Shown in pieces: positions 1-9,009 of a DNA stretch of 46,177 nucleotides. The notes beneath the pieces are model-generated. The model was given only the letters and a program-made list of their open reading frames with translations, had not been told where the DNA came from and did no database searches. Source of the stretch: a virus. The stretch is taken from IMG/VR virus record IMGVR_UViG_3300035156_000180, positions 1-46,177 of that record. One strand, given 5' to 3'. Within the stretch, counting starts at the first letter, position 1. Each line of letters starts with the position of its first letter. The translations under genes and the position numbers were made by a program.

Positions 1-127
1 CCGGCACCAACCGTTACAGTTTCGGTAGCTGCCAAAGCTGCAGCTGGGATTATAAAGTCGCCCAGGCCCCCGGCACCGCCACCACCACCGCCAATTCTAA
101 GCGTACCGGCTGCACCCTTGCGGCCAC
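1..127. repeat. Terminal direct repeat, identical to 46051-46177. It marks the end overlap of a circular or terminally redundant genome.
   Basis: Read directly. The string ccggcaccaaccgttacagtttcggtagctgccaaagctg...tgcacccttgcggccac occurs at both window ends. Confidence 0.95.
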
Positions 128-254
128 CGCCCCCGCCACCGCCACCAGACACAATGCGCACCTGCACTACTTTAGCGCCGGCCGGCTTAGTCCAGGTACT
201 GTTACCTACAGTGGTAAATGTCTGTATATCTTGGGTTGGTGCATGTTTAGGCAT
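1..254 (-). CDS. Glycine-rich fibre-like protein, N-terminal part. ATG is at 254. The gene continues across the junction into 45426-46177.
   Basis: Hand translation from 254 gives MPKHAPTQDIQTFTTVGNSTWTKPAGAKVVQVRIVSGGGGGGGGRKGAAGTLRIGGGGGGAGGLGDFIIPAAALAATETVTVGAG. This runs in frame into the 45426-46085 ORF through the 127-bp repeat. SD AGGA lies 7 nt upstream. The T-W-T-x-P-x-G...V-x-V...GGGGG opening is typical of phage glycine-rich minor tail/fibre proteins. Confidence 0.7.
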   Translation of the reverse strand, partial: MPKHAPTQDIQTFTTVGNSTWTKPAGAKVVQVRIVSGGGGGGGGRKGAAGTLRIGGGGGGAGGLGDFIIPAAALAATETVTVGA

Positions 255-255
255 T

Positions 256-3144
256 TTATATTCCTGTCGTGGTTAATATACCGTCATTGTCCACCGTAAT
301 GCGGTAACGGGTATTGTTAGGGCTGCGCAGCACTACGCCTTTGGCAAAGTTCTCTATTTCGATATCGCCAATGCCCAGGCGTATGTCGCCATTAGGCATA
401 AACTTAAGTATGCCGGCAATGCTGGTGCCCGTACCGTCGTTTACTACGTCCAGCTTTAGCATTTTTACGCCGTTGGCCATAGTCCAGGAAAAGTGTAACG
501 GGTTGGCTGCCTGGTTGGCGGCAATCATGTCCACAATCATAGGCCCGTCGCCAACCTGCGTACCGTCAAAGCCGGTGTGTGAGCCGGATATTATCATTTT
601 GCCGCGGCCATTGGGGCCGTTGCCAATAAGGTCAATGCGCGACTTTAGGTCGCTGCCGCCGTCGGTAATTACCTGCTGCACACTGTCAGAGGTGTTATTG
701 TAATTTATCAGCGCACCCTTGCTAATAGTAATGGAATCGGCGGCATGCGTTATGGTTACATCCCCGTTACCAAAGTCGATAATTGAGTTTAGGGCCATGT
801 AAAGTGCCGGCCATGCGCTGCTTGCGGTACCCAATTTAGCATTGTTGTCGCCGGGTATAAGCGTGCGCATTACCTCTATTGGGCCACCGTTGGCCCGCAA
901 AATAAGCTGGTTGTGCTGGGCACCAGTATAGTTGTTGCCAGACCAGCAGGAGATGTACAAATCGCCCACGCTCTCAAAGTCGGTAGCCCCGCCAAACCGT
1001 GCGCGGAAAGCCTTGGAGCCGTCGCTAGAACGTACCACAAAGCCGTCGCCGGTTACGTTAAAGGTTTTGTTGTATACTTCCTCGCCAATAGCAATTTGGC
1101 TGCCGTTCCACCAAATGCCCGCGCCAGCAAATGCGCCGTCGTCATTGTACTGCAGCTGGTGGTCATCACCTCCCGGCGTACCGCTGCCGCCCCCGCCACC
1201 GGAAATTGTAACCGTGCTATAGCCGGTAACGCGGCCCTTGCTGTCAATTACCAGCACGGGTATTTGGTTTGATGAGCCAACTGTGCCGGCCGTTACTACA
1301 TCGGCCAGGGCTGCAAACGTGGTGGGTTGAAAGGCAAAGCTAAGGTGCTTTTGCAATACAACCATTTGGCCCTTGTCGGTGGTGTAGTTATTTTCTGGCT
1401 GTATGCTGGTTGGCGAGGTGTACCAGGAGCCGCCGGCCCAGTGCGTACCGTACACCCCGTACTCGTCCATGTACTGCATAAAGGTGTCCATATCGGCCAG
1501 GTAGTCGGCGTTGTCGTTCAGTACGCCGTACTCGCCCATAAACACCGGCACATTATGCTTGCGTGCCCACTTAAATGCCGGCAGGCAGTCTGCAGGTATG
1601 CGGTTGCGGTATGCCACATCCCACGCCCCGCTGTAAGCGCCGCTGTGGTCGCTGTCAAAATAGTAGTGGAACGATACCATGGTTTTGTTGGAGGGGTCAG
1701 TCCACCACGGTGTAGGGTCGCTGCCGTAGGTGCTGGTAAAGCCTGATAGGCTGGCAAAATGGTCTGTTTCCACCGCAATCCAGGTGTCAGGGTCAACGGC
1801 CCGTATAGCATCAATACCGGCCTGGGTCATGGCGCTGTTTGTCGACACTACGCCAGTGTTGGTGGTAGCAATAAAGTCTGTGGCAACGCTGCCCGGCGTA
1901 AGGTTAAAACCGTCATAGTATGCGGTAACCGGGTTGCCGTTGTTTTGTATCTGCAGCCACACCTGGCTGTAAGCGCCGCTGTTAAATGGTACTGTTACGC
2001 GCGTCCAGGTGCCGGTTGGAATTAGCGGCTGCACATCTGTTATAGGGTCGTTAAACATGCTGCCGCGGTTTATGCGTACGTGGGGCGCAGCATATTGGCC
2101 GTCGGCAGTTATTTTGTAGTAGAACGTGGCCACATAATCGGTGTTGGGTGTTACGGGTATGCCGGCCCCGGAGCCTAGCGACTGGTAGCCGCCGGTAGAA
2201 ACTTGCTTTATACAGTAGCCGCCGTTCCAGGGGCTTTCAGCGGATAAGGTAAACTCGCTGTCGGCATACCAGCCGTCGCCGTTGGTGGCAAACGAGGGGT
2301 TGCTAATAAGCTGCATGGTACCCTCCTGCAGCATGTAGTTGCCGGTGGTGGTGCCTATGGGCATGTCGTGTGTTTCGTTCATCAGGTCATACATAAATAT
2401 GGCGGGCTCGTCTTTGTAGAACGTGGCAAAGCGCGTCCAAAAGTCGGCAAAGTGTGCCAGGGTAAGCGTGCCGTCGCCAATGGTGCGCTTAACACCGCTC
2501 ATGTACCGGCTGCCGTAGTTGTGCGGCTCGGGCACCAGCTGCAGGTTGTATTTGCGGGCAAACCCTATGGCGCTGTCAATGTAGCCCTTGTATGTAGCAT
2601 CAAAATCACCCATAACCGTAGGCTGCAGCCGCTCCCACAAAAATGGCAGGCGCACCAGTTGGAAGCCTTTTTTAGCGTAGTACTTAAAGTCGTCCTCAAC
2701 CGGTATGCTGTAGGTAACATTGGCAGTGCCGGGTATAGTGTCGCCGGCAAACTCTAGGCCGGATAATGACACGCCGCGCTTGTTGCTGCGGGCTATGCTG
2801 CTTAGTATGCTCTCGGTAGCGTTAACGGCCTTTTGCAGGTCGGTGGTGTTCTGTGCCACATCTAAAAGCCCCACGTTGCAGGGGCTGGTGTGTGCCAGTG
2901 TGGTGGCGCTAATAGTAAAGCTATCCCCTGTGCGGCCGCTACACAGCACCTTTTCCATGTTAGGGTCGGCGCTGGGGTCGGCCCCGTTCCAAAGCGTTAA
3001 ATAAAAGCCGTTGCCAGGAACGGGGAAAAGTGCCCCGTCTCCGGTATCAACTGTTATGGCTGTAACGCCTGGTGCCGATAGATTAGTAGCCGAGGTACTA
3101 AGAGCATTATCCGCAACCTGCTTAAAGGCTGTTTGTGGGTTCAT
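256..3144 (-). CDS. Tail or head fibre protein with an internal GH5 (cellulase-superfamily) glycoside hydrolase domain and a CBM-like insertion. Putative polysaccharide depolymerase.
   Basis: 962-aa ORF. GH5 signatures are LMNETHD (acid/base NE, aa 256-257) and VFMGEYG (nucleophile GE, aa 537-538), plus LPFLWERLQP and SFHYY. A fibre-like N-terminus and a fibre-type C-terminal tail (RYRITVDNDGILTTTGI) flank the catalytic region. Confidence 0.8.
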   Translation of the reverse strand: MNPQTAFKQVADNALSTSATNLSAPGVTAITVDTGDGALFPVPGNGFYLTLWNGADPSADPNMEKVLCSGRTGDSFTISATTLAHTSPCNVGLLDVAQNTTDLQKAVNATESILSSIARSNKRGVSLSGLEFAGDTIPGTANVTYSIPVEDDFKYYAKKGFQLVRLPFLWERLQPTVMGDFDATYKGYIDSAIGFARKYNLQLVPEPHNYGSRYMSGVKRTIGDGTLTLAHFADFWTRFATFYKDEPAIFMYDLMNETHDMPIGTTTGNYMLQEGTMQLISNPSFATNGDGWYADSEFTLSAESPWNGGYCIKQVSTGGYQSLGSGAGIPVTPNTDYVATFYYKITADGQYAAPHVRINRGSMFNDPITDVQPLIPTGTWTRVTVPFNSGAYSQVWLQIQNNGNPVTAYYDGFNLTPGSVATDFIATTNTGVVSTNSAMTQAGIDAIRAVDPDTWIAVETDHFASLSGFTSTYGSDPTPWWTDPSNKTMVSFHYYFDSDHSGAYSGAWDVAYRNRIPADCLPAFKWARKHNVPVFMGEYGVLNDNADYLADMDTFMQYMDEYGVYGTHWAGGSWYTSPTSIQPENNYTTDKGQMVVLQKHLSFAFQPTTFAALADVVTAGTVGSSNQIPVLVIDSKGRVTGYSTVTISGGGGGSGTPGGDDHQLQYNDDGAFAGAGIWWNGSQIAIGEEVYNKTFNVTGDGFVVRSSDGSKAFRARFGGATDFESVGDLYISCWSGNNYTGAQHNQLILRANGGPIEVMRTLIPGDNNAKLGTASSAWPALYMALNSIIDFGNGDVTITHAADSITISKGALINYNNTSDSVQQVITDGGSDLKSRIDLIGNGPNGRGKMIISGSHTGFDGTQVGDGPMIVDMIAANQAANPLHFSWTMANGVKMLKLDVVNDGTGTSIAGILKFMPNGDIRLGIGDIEIENFAKGVVLRSPNNTRYRITVDNDGILTTTGI

Positions 3145-3156
3145 GGTTTTGTGTTC

Positions 3157-3531
3157 CTACGATTCGGTAACAACAATACCACCGGCAGCGATGGTTACTG
3201 TGTCGCCAGGGTTGGTGGTTTTGGAAGCCGTGGCGGGCGCGTAGTATAGCAAGTTGCCGGCGGTTGAAGCGTCGTATATTGCTATATAGCTAACTGTGGT
3301 GGCTGGCATGTTGCTAAACGTAAGCCCGGCGCTGTTGGATGTGCTGCTCGATGCTGGGGCCGTAAAAGCCGCAGCCTGGCGGGTATATGAGCCGCCAGTT
3401 ACCTCGGTACCGCCTGATGTGGGGTTGCCATTAAACAACGCCGCATACACTGCTGCGGGCGGTGTGTATGCGGTTGCTGTAAGCACCTGGGCCAACAGCT
3501 TGTTGTTTAAGTAGGTCGATTTAGCAGGCAT
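3157..3531 (-). CDS. Small fibre-associated or virion protein (hypothetical)
   Basis: 124-aa ORF tightly packed between 3533-3931 and the fibre gene. Ala/Thr/Ser-rich. Its pattern (YAALFNGNPTSGGTEVTGGSYTRQ...) resembles small phage fibre-module proteins. Confidence 0.55.
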   Translation of the reverse strand: MPAKSTYLNNKLLAQVLTATAYTPPAAVYAALFNGNPTSGGTEVTGGSYTRQAAAFTAPASSSTSNSAGLTFSNMPATTVSYIAIYDASTAGNLLYYAPATASKTTNPGDTVTIAAGGIVVTES

Positions 3532-3532
3532 T

Positions 3533-3931
3533 TTATTGTACCTGTGCTGCGGTATTAGCTACGGCCTGTTCCTGTGGTGTCAACGGGCGGCCGCCGGGCT
3601 GTCCGGGGGCTGGCAATGCTGGGCCTTGCGGCGCAACTGGTGCAGCTGGTGGTGCTACAACCTGGGCTTGCTGGTTAGCTGCAGCTGCTGCTGCGGCCTG
3701 GGCGGCTGCCTGTTGGTCAACGCCAACTACCTGGGCCTGGCTGGTGCGCGGGTTGCTAACGTCGATTACTTCCGTTGGCTGCTCGGCCTTTACTTCTTCA
3801 ATGGTGCCACTAAGCTTAAGCCGCTCAACAACTGCTACGCTAAGGCCGGTAACTACCTGGCCAGGTGTGTAGCGCACTTTGTCGTGCTTAAGGTTTCGCA
3901 AAATGCGGTATTTGGTGTCGGTACTTTCCAT
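3533..3931 (-). CDS. Hypothetical virion-module protein with a low-complexity A/Q/P-rich C-terminus
   Basis: 132-aa ORF directly downstream of the capsid gene. SD AAGGAG precedes the ATG. Confidence 0.6.
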   Translation of the reverse strand: MESTDTKYRILRNLKHDKVRYTPGQVVTGLSVAVVERLKLSGTIEEVKAEQPTEVIDVSNPRTSQAQVVGVDQQAAAQAAAAAAANQQAQVVAPPAAPVAPQGPALPAPGQPGGRPLTPQEQAVANTAAQVQ

Positions 3932-3970
3932 AACACTCTCCTTGGTTAAGTTTTATTGTGCGCGGTGCGG

Positions 3971-4909
3971 TTAGGCAATTACGTCTTGCAGTAGGAAGAA
4001 ACAATCGGTGCTAAACGCCATCTGGTCGTAGTAGTCGTTGTTCCTAATCCAGCTACCCTTAGGGTCAAACTCGTCCTTGCGGTCAACATACTTACCATTT
4101 TTAAGGCGCAGTGTGTAGCCACCGTTAACCTGGCGCAGGCCCGGTGTAGGTGTTACGTATGCCAGCAAAGCGTCTTTACCCCAGACTGATGCCAGACTGT
4201 CTGCTGCACCCTCTTTGCCGGTGTTTTCCTGTACTTTACCGATTAAAATGTTGGTAATGCCGTAAGGTGCAAACAGCTTAAGCATGTCTGCGGTGCTAAC
4301 AACGCCGGTTTGCGTGTGGATGATGCGGGCCAAAAGGTCCGGGTGGTCAACCAGTGTTAGCCATGTTTCCCAGCCAAACGTAAGGGTGTTTGGGGTTTTA
4401 AGCATGTGGTTGCGGCCCTGGATACATGCCTGCTTGATGTCATCAAACGGGCTACTGTTTCCGTAGTCGTTCCACTGGCTGGTACCGCTAAGCTGGTCAT
4501 TGTGAACAATAACCGTTGGGTCGGTAACAAACTGGGCCAGCGCCTTTTCCTGGATGATTGCCATTTTTTCGCTAAGCGTGTCAACAACATCGCTTTCTGC
4601 GCTAAGTGGGGCATCGGTCATTTCCAGTTCGTCTTTGGTAATAAAGTCCTTAAGCGCGTGCTCGCTCAAAGGCCCAAAGTCTTCCAGGTTTTTACCGAAG
4701 CTTGACTCACGGGTCTTGCTGCGGCCGGTGCGTACGTCGCTGGTAGGCACTTTCAGGTTGTCTTTGTTGTAGGCCCAGTACTTACCAGTGCGCTTGTCGA
4801 CGGGGATAACTGGGAAAAGCTTTTCCGCAATAAAATCCTCGCTGTTGTTCTTCCAGGCTTGGCTAACATTAGTCAGCACTGGGTCGCTGTAAAATTCTCC
4901 GTTTGGCAT
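3971..4909 (-). CDS. Major capsid protein (HK97-fold, E-like/Mu T-like class)
   Basis: 312-aa ORF in the canonical slot after the protease/scaffold and decoration-like genes. SD AAAGGA upstream. Sequence character is typical of major head subunits. Confidence 0.75.
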   Translation of the reverse strand: MPNGEFYSDPVLTNVSQAWKNNSEDFIAEKLFPVIPVDKRTGKYWAYNKDNLKVPTSDVRTGRSKTRESSFGKNLEDFGPLSEHALKDFITKDELEMTDAPLSAESDVVDTLSEKMAIIQEKALAQFVTDPTVIVHNDQLSGTSQWNDYGNSSPFDDIKQACIQGRNHMLKTPNTLTFGWETWLTLVDHPDLLARIIHTQTGVVSTADMLKLFAPYGITNILIGKVQENTGKEGAADSLASVWGKDALLAYVTPTPGLRQVNGGYTLRLKNGKYVDRKDEFDPKGSWIRNNDYYDQMAFSTDCFFLLQDVIA

Positions 4910-4944
4910 TTGATTGTGTCCTTTGTACCTTTTTTATTTACTTA

Positions 4945-5316
4945 TTAAGCAACGCCGTTAAACCTGAAGTATTCAACAACTTCATTTGCAGCAGCAGTGC
5001 CGCGGGCAATACCAAAACAACGCTGGCCAGTAGTTGCCAATACGGCCTTGCCGTTAGCATCACTGGTAAGCTTGTTTCCGTAAGCGATATTGCCGCCGGC
5101 AACAACCTTAAATGTGCCATTGCCGTTAATTACGGCTACATCAGCACCCCAGCCTGGCTTTGGTGCGTTGTTAAGCACCCCAACAATTGCCACATCTGCA
5201 GCACCAGCCAAAACGGCTTTGTGTGCGGATGTTTCCTTAACGATGTAGAACTGCTTTTCGCTAAGGTCTGCATCGTTTTCGATTGTTACAAAATTGCCTT
5301 CTTGAAACTCTGCCAT
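4945..5316 (-). CDS. DUF2190-like head decoration/cement-type protein
   Basis: 123-aa Gly/Ala/Val-rich beta-type sequence (GVLNNAPKPGWGADVAVINGNGTFKVVAGGNIAYGNKLTSDANGKAV) placed between the scaffold/protease and the capsid gene. Confidence 0.6.
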   Translation of the reverse strand: MAEFQEGNFVTIENDADLSEKQFYIVKETSAHKAVLAGAADVAIVGVLNNAPKPGWGADVAVINGNGTFKVVAGGNIAYGNKLTSDANGKAVLATTGQRCFGIARGTAAANEVVEYFRFNGVA

Positions 5317-5338
5317 GGTATATATCCTTTATGCCTTA

Positions 5339-6562
5339 TTAGTTAACGCTACCCGCGTGTTCTGCTCGCTCGGTCTGTACCCGTTGTGCCAGTTCAGAAT
5401 TATCAGCCAACACCTTGGTTTGCGCCTGGGTGTAGCTAAGCTTGTCATCTTCTTTTTGAGCAGCCTCGATTGCAGTTTTCAGTTCTGCAGCTGCAGAAGT
5501 GCTGGCATTTGCATCAGCGCCAGTTTTACCCTGTTCCGTACCCATGCGCCCATTACCAGCAAGCCCCTCTAAAAGCTCTTTGTTGCTGGCATCGGCCTCA
5601 ATCATCTTTACCCACTTGTCTTTTTGGTCGGCAACAATTTTGCCGTCCGCAATGGCAGCATCAACGCTGGCAACTGCAACGTCGTGCTTTTTAGCCTGGT
5701 TGTCGGCTTCAACGGCTGCCAGGCGGTCGTTGATAGTCTTAAGTGCGCTGGCATCAACAGTTACCAGGCCCTCGTTGCCGGTAACCTGGCTGGCATCTAC
5801 AACTGTTTGCGTAGTCGTAGTGGTGGTAGCCGTGCTGGCTTCAACCTTAATACCAAACTTGGTTTTTTCGTCGGCGCTAAGTTCAGCCGCGTGCGCTTCA
5901 ACAAATGTGCGCTCCTCGGCGGTTAAATCAGCACTTGCCTTTACTCGTAGTGCTTCTAAATTGTGCATGCTTGTCTCCTTAGCTTTTGCATTTATATAAA
6001 TAACCTGTTTGTCTGCATCTGCAGCATCCGAGGACTCTGCAGAGGCCATAACCGGCTCGTTACCAGTAAACATTGGAATATTGGTAAGGGCCGCGCCGGT
6101 AAATACGTTACGTGCCCGCTGGCTGGTATTTTCGGGGTTAACCCACATACCGCCCAGGCAGCGGGGCGTAAACTCGCTGCTTAGGCACTTATAGTCGCCA
6201 TCGGCCAACACCTTTTTACCGGTGCCGGTGTAGTCCAGGGGCGTACCCCATAGGTTGGTGCCGTCAAACTCAAGCCCGTTAATCCAGGCAGCAGCAACGC
6301 CGCCCTTATCGTGGCGCAAGTTAACCGGCACACCCAATTTGCCATTGCCAGGGCGGCCAAAGCCCTGGTTGTAGTGGTCTACGTACTCGCGCATGTCATC
6401 TGCAGTTACGGTTAATTCGCCGTACTTTTCAGTATCAAACGTGCCAATACGCAGCAAGTGTATGCGGCCCGGCAAGTCGCCGGTGGTGCTATCAGCCTCA
6501 ATAGCCGTTAAAGTGGCTATGTGGTTTAGTGGTTTTGTTTTAGTGCCCGTTTGGGGGTTCAT
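5339..6562 (-). CDS. Prohead protease (Mu gpI-like) fused to a coiled-coil scaffold region
   Basis: The N-terminal domain resembles Mu-like prophage protein I. The C-terminal half is Ala/Glu/Lys-rich coiled coil. Position between the morphogenesis and capsid genes fits. The first ATG is at 6562. The ORF-track start at 6598 is a TTG. Confidence 0.65.
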   Translation of the reverse strand: MNPQTGTKTKPLNHIATLTAIEADSTTGDLPGRIHLLRIGTFDTEKYGELTVTADDMREYVDHYNQGFGRPGNGKLGVPVNLRHDKGGVAAAWINGLEFDGTNLWGTPLDYTGTGKKVLADGDYKCLSSEFTPRCLGGMWVNPENTSQRARNVFTGAALTNIPMFTGNEPVMASAESSDAADADKQVIYINAKAKETSMHNLEALRVKASADLTAEERTFVEAHAAELSADEKTKFGIKVEASTATTTTTTQTVVDASQVTGNEGLVTVDASALKTINDRLAAVEADNQAKKHDVAVASVDAAIADGKIVADQKDKWVKMIEADASNKELLEGLAGNGRMGTEQGKTGADANASTSAAAELKTAIEAAQKEDDKLSYTQAQTKVLADNSELAQRVQTERAEHAGSVN

Positions 6563-6634
6563 GTTTATAAGTGTCCTAAAACACAAGCGCTTTGTCAAGC
6601 AAGTTGCGCAATTAAATTATTCACACTGCCCTGC

Positions 6635-7480
6635 CTAAAGCGGCTTATAGGTATAGCTAACATTACATTTGCAGCGTGGGTGGGCCGCACCGCTGCTGTG
6701 GCCGCTTTGGAATCGCTCACTAATAGGTATTGTACCCTGCGCAGCGTTCTTGCTGCAGGCATCTTCCCTGCCGGCTGTGTTGCGGTTCCATTTGTGCCCG
6801 GTAGCGCCACTATTTACGGCATAGGTGCGCCGGCCGCCACCAAAGGCGTTTACGGCTTCAGTTTCAGCAATAAGCGCTGCACGGGCCGGGTTGGCTATGG
6901 TTTTGCGCAACCGCTCGGCAGCATCGGCCTGCTTTTCGCCCAGGCGTACGCTGGTTTTAATGCTTTGGGCTATGCGGTCGCGGGTAGTATCGGTAATAGC
7001 TATGCCCTTTTTGGGGTTGTCTATCAGTTGCCCGGTGGCCTTATCTATCTTTTTGCCAACCATATTGGCCAGGTTTTCGGTGGTTAGCTGCTGTATCAAC
7101 GTGCTGGTACTATCAAGCCCCAACGGTATGCCTGGTAACGTACGCTCGGCAGCCTGGGCACCGGCGGCCCCCATGCTTGCCACGGTATCAAATACTATTT
7201 GCAAAAAGCCAGCCTCCTGCAGGGTAAGCGCTACGTCGTCGACAATCACATCAACGTCAAAGGCATGCACTGCAGTATGGTAGCTGCCCCAATGTATAAA
7301 CCGGTCCATGTTGCCGGCCAGTTCCTTAAAGTGGGCCAGGGTCTGCCGCTCTAGCCGGCCGGTAAGGCGCAGCAGCTTGCCAAACTCTGTGGGCGCATCG
7401 TAATAACCAGGTGCCCAGTCCTCGCTGGCTAACACACTGGCGCTGGCTATCTCAAAGTTGCGGTTAAAGTCATTGTCCAC
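6635..7480 (-). CDS. Head morphogenesis protein (Mu F / SPP1 gp7 family)
   Basis: 281 aa, immediately after the portal gene. The C-terminal AAHPRCKCNVSY matches the conserved HPxCRC-type motif of this family. Confidence 0.75.
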   Translation of the reverse strand: MDNDFNRNFEIASASVLASEDWAPGYYDAPTEFGKLLRLTGRLERQTLAHFKELAGNMDRFIHWGSYHTAVHAFDVDVIVDDVALTLQEAGFLQIVFDTVASMGAAGAQAAERTLPGIPLGLDSTSTLIQQLTTENLANMVGKKIDKATGQLIDNPKKGIAITDTTRDRIAQSIKTSVRLGEKQADAAERLRKTIANPARAALIAETEAVNAFGGGRRTYAVNSGATGHKWNRNTAGREDACSKNAAQGTIPISERFQSGHSSGAAHPRCKCNVSYTYKPL

Positions 7481-7483
7481 GCC

Positions 7484-8965
7484 CTACTCCATCATGGCTT
7501 CAACCATTAACTGCTTAGCCTGGCGCATAGCAGCATCAGCCTGGGCCTTTTTGCTGGCCGGCTTGTCGTGCGGGTCGGTTGGCAGGTCGCCAGCACCCTT
7601 TTTGTCCTGGGGGGTGTTGGCAGGCGCACCGGGCTGCGGCGTATTGGCAGCGGGCTTGCCTGGCTGGTTGCCTGCAGGTAGCGCCGGCTTTTCAAGGCCG
7701 GGGCGGTCGTCATAGTTGTCGCGGGTTTCCTTTGGCAGCTTAGGCATACGGCCCATGCTACGCAGGTAGTCTTCCAGGTCGGCATCCGGGGTAATAAGTT
7801 TGGCGGTGGCCAGCTTGCTAAGGTACTCGCCCATAATCTGCAGGTCTTCGTCGCCAATGTTGCCAAAGGTAAGTTTAGGGTAGCCGTTTGGCAGCTTGGT
7901 AAAGTTCATATCGCACAGCGGCTTAATTACCTGCTCGTTAAACGTATCGGCAATAACCTGGGCCACGCTTTCCAGGCTTTTCTCAAACATCTTGCTGTGG
8001 TCTTCGGACACGGCCCGGCTGCCGCCACTGTTGCTGCCCAGGTCCAAAAAGCTGGCCATTATGGACTTTTTCATCATGGTTTCGTGGTACTGAATGGTTG
8101 GCAGCATGTCTTTTACGCTGTTGCTTTTCATATCCAGCATTTCAACTTCCCAACCCTCGGGCAGTTCAATGTAGGCTTCCTGGTTTATGCGCATTGCACG
8201 CAGCGCCTGGCGGGCCTTGGCCATATCCTTTTTATCAGCCTGGGCAGGGGCCTTAAGTACCGGTATGCCGCCGCCTAGCTTTTCAAGGCTCACCGCATTG
8301 GCAATAATAAGCTTATTGCGGATGTCGTAGTCCTTGTAAGCGGCACGTAGCAGGCTGCGCCCCTCGTAGTTGTCGCCCTCTTTTTCGTTGGTAAATACAA
8401 CCAGGCGGTCTTTGTCGATGCTTTTGATATCGCCGGGCAACTGCTGCGTAACGCCGGGCTTGTGCTCGGTGGTTTCCCATTTATCAATACTAAGCTGCTT
8501 GCGGCTGGCAAACGTCTTAAGGCCCACGCGGGTTTTGCCCTCAAACTCGGTAAGCTCCAGCGTGGTTTCAAATAGCGACCAGCCATAATCTAGGCAGGTT
8601 AATGCTTCGCGGTTGGTGCTGTGGAAGTTGATATTGCGGCCAAACAGCTCCCGCTTAATAAAGCGCATGGCGTACTCGTCCAGCTCGTCGTCGCTGGCCT
8701 GGTCAATTTTCCACTGCACGCTAAGCAACGGTTGCTTAACAGCTTTAAGTAATTGCTGCACGCCACTGTCGCTGCGGCGCATCTCATCGTAAATACGCAG
8801 GCCCTGCTTACCTACCAGCTTGCGGTTGTATTCCTCGTTGGTAATAAGGCCGCTATAAATCAGGGTACCGCTTGCGCCCTGTTCTTTGCCGGCTCCGCGG
8901 GGTACGTCCGTGGGGTTGGTGGTGCGGGGTGTATCTTGGTTTTGCGTAGGTGTTTGGTTAGGCAT
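7484..8965 (-). CDS. Portal protein (DUF935 / Mu gp29-like)
   Basis: Large ORF directly after terL. The IYDEMRRSD...LLKAVKQPLLSVQWKI region is typical of DUF935 portals. The first ATG is at 8965. The ORF-track start at 9007 is a TTG. Confidence 0.75.
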   Translation of the reverse strand: MPNQTPTQNQDTPRTTNPTDVPRGAGKEQGASGTLIYSGLITNEEYNRKLVGKQGLRIYDEMRRSDSGVQQLLKAVKQPLLSVQWKIDQASDDELDEYAMRFIKRELFGRNINFHSTNREALTCLDYGWSLFETTLELTEFEGKTRVGLKTFASRKQLSIDKWETTEHKPGVTQQLPGDIKSIDKDRLVVFTNEKEGDNYEGRSLLRAAYKDYDIRNKLIIANAVSLEKLGGGIPVLKAPAQADKKDMAKARQALRAMRINQEAYIELPEGWEVEMLDMKSNSVKDMLPTIQYHETMMKKSIMASFLDLGSNSGGSRAVSEDHSKMFEKSLESVAQVIADTFNEQVIKPLCDMNFTKLPNGYPKLTFGNIGDEDLQIMGEYLSKLATAKLITPDADLEDYLRSMGRMPKLPKETRDNYDDRPGLEKPALPAGNQPGKPAANTPQPGAPANTPQDKKGAGDLPTDPHDKPASKKAQADAAMRQAKQLMVEAMME

Positions 8966-9009
8966 AGTGTTTACGTTTAGTATTCCGTATTGCTTATGTT
9001 TTTGCAACT

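Noticed and set aside
7507-7866. 119-aa minus-strand ORF in an alternative frame within the portal gene
   Set aside because: It is fully nested in the portal ORF in a different frame. Its Ala/Pro/Arg-rich composition is consistent with an out-of-frame artefact.
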